DNA of 62,315 bases, the filler included, from Stramenopiles sp. TOSAG23-2 (taxonomy: Eukaryota), in the NCBI GenBank assembly GCA_900128395.1. It is 35 parts of 35 records of this genome, joined end to end, with 100 filler letters (N's around TTAATTAATTAA, not from the genome) between each part and the next. Parts side by side here need not be neighbours in the genome. Positions count along the whole stretch, not along the records: positions 57,109 to 58,777 come from LT652518.1; positions 58,878 to 60,546 come from LT652519.1; positions 60,647 to 62,315 come from LT652520.1; 32 more parts are not named here. One strand, given 5' to 3'. The position numbers and the translations under genes are program-made. Shown in pieces: positions 58,128-62,315 of the stretch. Position 1 is the first letter of the stretch. Each line of letters opens with the position of its first letter. The notes below the pieces were generated by a model. It worked only from the letters and a program-made list of their open reading frames with translations, searched no databases and was not told the origin of the DNA.

Positions 58128-58570
58128 TTGATGACGATGAAAAATTCGTTTAGTAACGTTTTAAACATGTTTCGACAAAATTTGAAGCTGAGCTTGCTTT
58201 GCTATGTGTATTTGACTCTTCTTGTAAACCTGCGGGAAGGTGCTGCTTTGTGCATAGGTTTAGACCAGACGACTTGTGGAAGTGCGAGTGGGTGTGCGTG
58301 GCTTTCAAGCGGCTTTCTAACGGTAACAAAACACGGCGAGACTAGTACGAGTCAAAACGCATATTGCTATTCAACTGTTTGTGATACGCATTGGGAAGCA
58401 GAGTCATCGTGCCAAAGCACTTCTGGCTGTGTTTGGGGAAAACCACAGTTTGCCGGTGAACCGAGTACAATAAGTAATCAATACAAACCATTCTTTGTAT
58501 CGGTCTAGGATATGCGTAGGAGTTCCCCAGTAGTTGGTTTTGCTTTTTTGGATGTATGCGCGGCTGGTAG
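58128..58570 (+). pseudogene. Secreted Cys-rich repeat protein, apparently disrupted
   Basis: Signal-like segment, then C..LDQTTC....GCAW / C.......C....GCVW; a frameshifted CIGL repeat and stops follow 58500. Confidence 0.4.
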
Positions 58571-58877
58571 ACATAATTTTTAATTGATATACTTCATGAC
58601 AATTTGCTCGCCTAATGGTAAACACATGCTTTTCATTTTTGCACCAAAATTACAGGCTCGATTGGTAAATATTTTGTATCTAGAATACCGCAAATAGATT
58701 TGACATGGATAATATGTTGTTCTATGACAATTTGCTCGCCTAATGGTAAACACCTACTAATATTTTGAATACCAAAANNNNNNNNNNNNNNNNNNNNNNN
58801 NNNNNNNNNNNNNNNNNNNNNTTAATTAATTAANNNNNNNNNNNNNNNNNNNNNNNNNNNNNNNNNNNNNNNNNNNN

Positions 58878-59389
58878 GCAACTAATGGATACTCTTCAAT
58901 ATGCTTTATGAAAAAGTTTTGCGCTGAAACAGATTCAGAAATGCCGTTGCATATTTGTGTTGAAACATTGCATTGTTTTTTTCTAAGTGTTATTGTATTT
59001 TCATAAGTTGTAGTCCAATATGTTCCTAATATGATACCTTTAGTAAAACTTTCCTTTACAGACCCATCGATACAAGAATTATTGAGTCCAAAATACTTAA
59101 ATGAGGGGCCATAAAAGTAATTATAATCTGGGTTGTCGCAATATATCGGTATTGCACTTGCATTAATGGTACTTTCGTCAAGGCCATTCATCCACATATT
59201 TGCACCAGCTACCACCGGAGTAAAATCAAACAAACCTTTTAATCCTAACAAAAAAATTACAATTGCTATTATTAAAGTAATAAAAAATGCTATATTATAA
59301 AAATATACTATATTTCTATCCAAAATTCTAGAACGTACAGGTATAACGACCTGACTGAATGGCAGTTTCATCCTTTTGATGCCAAGCAT
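58878..59389 (-). CDS. P2X-receptor-like ATP-gated channel, 5' part
   Basis: Short cytosolic N-terminus, one TM helix, then YCDNPDYNYFY...C...YWTT...C..C..FFIKHIEEYPL, resembling algal/protist P2X ectodomains. Confidence 0.55.
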
Positions 59390-61107
59390 AGTTGTCTATA
59401 AAATGAATTTCTATATCGTATTCTGGCTGAATATATTGAATTCTTTGACTTGTTTTTTCTTTCAAAATGCAATATTAAAAAAAACGAACTTTATAAAATG
59501 AATTTCTATATCGTATTCTGGCTGAATATATTGAATTCTTTGACTTTTTTTTTTTCAAAATGCAATATTAAAATGATCAATTTAAAAAAAAAAAAACAAA
59601 AAAAAAACGAACTTTTGGAAGGGTTATCAAAATTATGAACAAAATTACAAATAATCAAAAGAGGAGGAAGTGTAATATAAGACTACCTATATATAAGAGG
59701 GTGTGTGCAATGTATTTCTAAAATATTACACATATATATTTTTGCAAAGGGTTTGAATGTTTGAATTATTCCATCGAATTTGATCGCAAGTGGACTCATA
59801 TTGTTGCATCATTTTTCAAATAATACATAATCCCCCCGCTAAATGAAAAAAAACGTAACCCATATTATTATAAACTACCAATTATTCATACTTATAAATA
59901 TACCTATATAATTACCGATTAACAGGCAAATAGCGTTGATGGAACATCGGGAAATCTTCCACTTTAAGGTTTGACCGGCTAAAACCCTTATAACTATGTA
60001 AAAAATATTGTTGCAAATAGCAAACAACAAAAGAAGAGCACAATAACAAGGCACCAAGAAATAAAGAACTTCTTTATCAAGTTAAAGTGATTAGTTTATA
60101 CTACGAGGCGTCGTAGTACGAATAGTTAAAGTACATGTTGTACACTTGTTGTTCCTGTTGCTGTATTAAGTGTTCTCACACTCTAGTGTGTTGATTCATA
60201 TATATATGTGTGCCATATAGTATTTATATTTTTATTAAAATAAATACGTAGTACGAATAGTTAAAGTACATGTTGTACACTTGTTGTTCCTGTTGCTGTA
60301 TTAAGTGTTCTCACACTCTAGTGTGTTGATTCATATATATATGTGTGCCATATAGTATTTATATTTTTATTAAAATAAATACAGTTTAATTAAACTATCA
60401 TGTATGCATACGTATATTTAATGATACGAACGGTTCGTATTATATTTTACACTTGTGTATATCATATTATGATTATATAATATATATGTATATGCACGTA
60501 AAAATCTCTCTCGCTCTGCTTTTTCAATAAAAAATTGTTCTAGCTTNNNNNNNNNNNNNNNNNNNNNNNNNNNNNNNNNNNNNNNNNNNNTTAATTAATT
60601 AANNNNNNNNNNNNNNNNNNNNNNNNNNNNNNNNNNNNNNNNNNNNTGGGTTTACTCAGTGGAGCTTACATGTGCATCTGGGCCTTGACTAAGATGTATC
60701 ATGCTACTTATTTTTTGTGTGCACTTGCTGGGTTATTATTCTTACGGGATTTAGGTTTTTAAAAGGAGAGACAGAAGAGGTCTCGTATCATACAGTAAAA
60801 AAGTACACGATTAACACCTACGGAGTGTGTGTGTGTATATGAGTAAAAGAGAAAAATTATAATATACATGGCTATATTTGATTAAATTTTGTAAAAATAT
60901 GATTCGTACGGCTTCGTATCTTAATGTGTTGATTTTATATGATATTTTAAATTTAATATTTTTTTATATAAAATATAAAAATGACTTTCTTTATGATATT
61001 AAAATATTAATTTTTTGTGCATACATATATATAATGGCTAGTACTTTCTTCATTTTCATATCCTGTCAGAGGTGGTTTAGGTAATTCTGCTTGTTCCACT
61101 TTCCAAA

Positions 61108-61797
61108 TTAATTTTTTGTGCATACATATATATAATGGCTAGTACTTTCTTCATTTTCATATCCTGTCAGAGGTGGTTTGGGTAATTCTGCTTGTTCCAC
61201 TTTCCAATTTCTATCTGCGTTTTCCAATAAATTAATTCTTGTAGATGGACTACCATGACTAACAATTGCAAAACTTCCACCTGGTTTTAGAATACGATAC
61301 ATCTCCCAAATATATTCTGTTGCTTTGCTAAAACTATTATCACCGCATAATAAGGCATCCAGCAACGCTTTGTCTAAAATAAAATCAAAACAGTTTTCAG
61401 GTACAAAATCTAAGCGACAACAATTTGCTGGTATAAATTCCAAGCTTTCTATATTACGATAACGCTCTTGCATCTGCTGAACAACGACTGTACTTGCATC
61501 AACACATGTTATATTTTGATAGCCTTCACGAAAAAGCTCTGCACCAAGTGGCGAATTTCCAGAACCTGGTATTAAAACTTCAAAATCACCGTTCGTCGAT
61601 AATAATGTTTTTATAAACGGTTTTATTCTACTGTAACTTTGGTACCAATCAAACGATTCATTACTTCGTGCACTGTATCGTTCATCCCAATAGGATGGAT
61701 GTTTTATTCTACTATAACTTTGGTACCAATCAAACGATTCATTACTTCGTGCACTGTATCGTTCATCCCAATAGGATGGATTGCCATAATCAGGCAT
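61108..61797 (-). CDS. Class I SAM-dependent methyltransferase (EEF1AKMT4/METTL13 N-terminal-like)
   Basis: DYG..SYWDERY...FDWY, VLIPGSGNS, FDFILDKALLDALLCG and YRILKPGG; contains an 81-nt in-frame duplication. Confidence 0.92.
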   Translation of the reverse strand: MPDYGNPSYWDERYSARSNESFDWYQSYSRIKHPSYWDERYSARSNESFDWYQSYSRIKPFIKTLLSTNGDFEVLIPGSGNSPLGAELFREGYQNITCVDASTVVVQQMQERYRNIESLEFIPANCCRLDFVPENCFDFILDKALLDALLCGDNSFSKATEYIWEMYRILKPGGSFAIVSHGSPSTRINLLENADRNWKVEQAELPKPPLTGYENEESTSHYIYVCTKN

Positions 61798-62315
61798 GTC
61801 GCAAATGATGTATATATTGTTAATTCGACAAAAACATTGACCAATAATATTGTTTATTTCTTTTTCTATATATTTGATCCTAATCCAGTTAAAGTTGTTC
61901 GGTTTTTGTTATGTGGGCATGGCTCCTATTTTTATCTAATTTATACACTGCAACACTCTCTGAGTGGAGTTTTTTTAGACTACAGTATAAGATTAACAGC
62001 CGCCAGCCGCCAGCAGTGTGTGTTGATGTGTTGATTTATTATTTATATAGCATTTATATAGTGTATTATTTATATTATACTTGTACTTGAGCCTTGAGCA
62101 ATAACCGATAGAAGAAGAAGATATTATACTGTAGTATTATAGTGTGCTATTATTATAAGATGATAGATAGTATTATTATTTTTTTTTTATTATTATGTAA
62201 TACATGTATTTATGTATATATATTAATACTATTTATACTTTAAATGTAAAACTATATATTCTATATACAAACTTGTATCCATTAAAATACATTCATTCTG
62301 CCTAAGGTAATGGAA

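Overview
This window is not a continuous locus. It is 35 unrelated contigs of about 1.7 kb, in decreasing length order, joined by artificial 100-nt spacers (44 N + TTAATTAATTAA + 44 N), so gene neighbourhood only has meaning inside a contig. The DNA is from an AT-rich eukaryote that uses the standard code and GT-AG introns with ACTAAC branch points. It is probably an uncultured protist, possibly a marine stramenopile (inference only). Recognisable gene fragments: UvrD/FBH1-like helicase, PP2C, enoyl-CoA hydratase, myosin, TPR, kinase-KEN RNase, Vps34, SGNH esterases, BABAM1/MERIT40, Tim8, PLRG1/Prp46, HECT E3, RCC1, ankyrin, SUMO, AGC kinase, a P2X-like channel and a methyltransferase. At least six MITE-like inverted-repeat families are also present. 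The stand-out observation is at 21529-23216. It has no ORF call and looks like satellite DNA, but on the minus strand it reads as a spliced gene. Four 69-nt phase-0 exons each encode one GGG[F/Y]...SGN beta-helix repeat, and they alternate with five single-codon (3-nt) microexons (TAT, TAT, TCT, AAT, GGT), each bounded by ...GATTTAG|NNN|GTAAGT. The introns are modular near-identical repeats. Other notable architectures are TIR + ComEA-type HhH, signal peptide + MIB/HERC2 + LRR, GAF + PI3K-C2, and a KEN domain with an RNase L-like motif. Single-base frameshifts and ~80-130 bp tandem duplications are frequent and are probably assembly artefacts. All family assignments are from motif recognition by eye, with no database searches.
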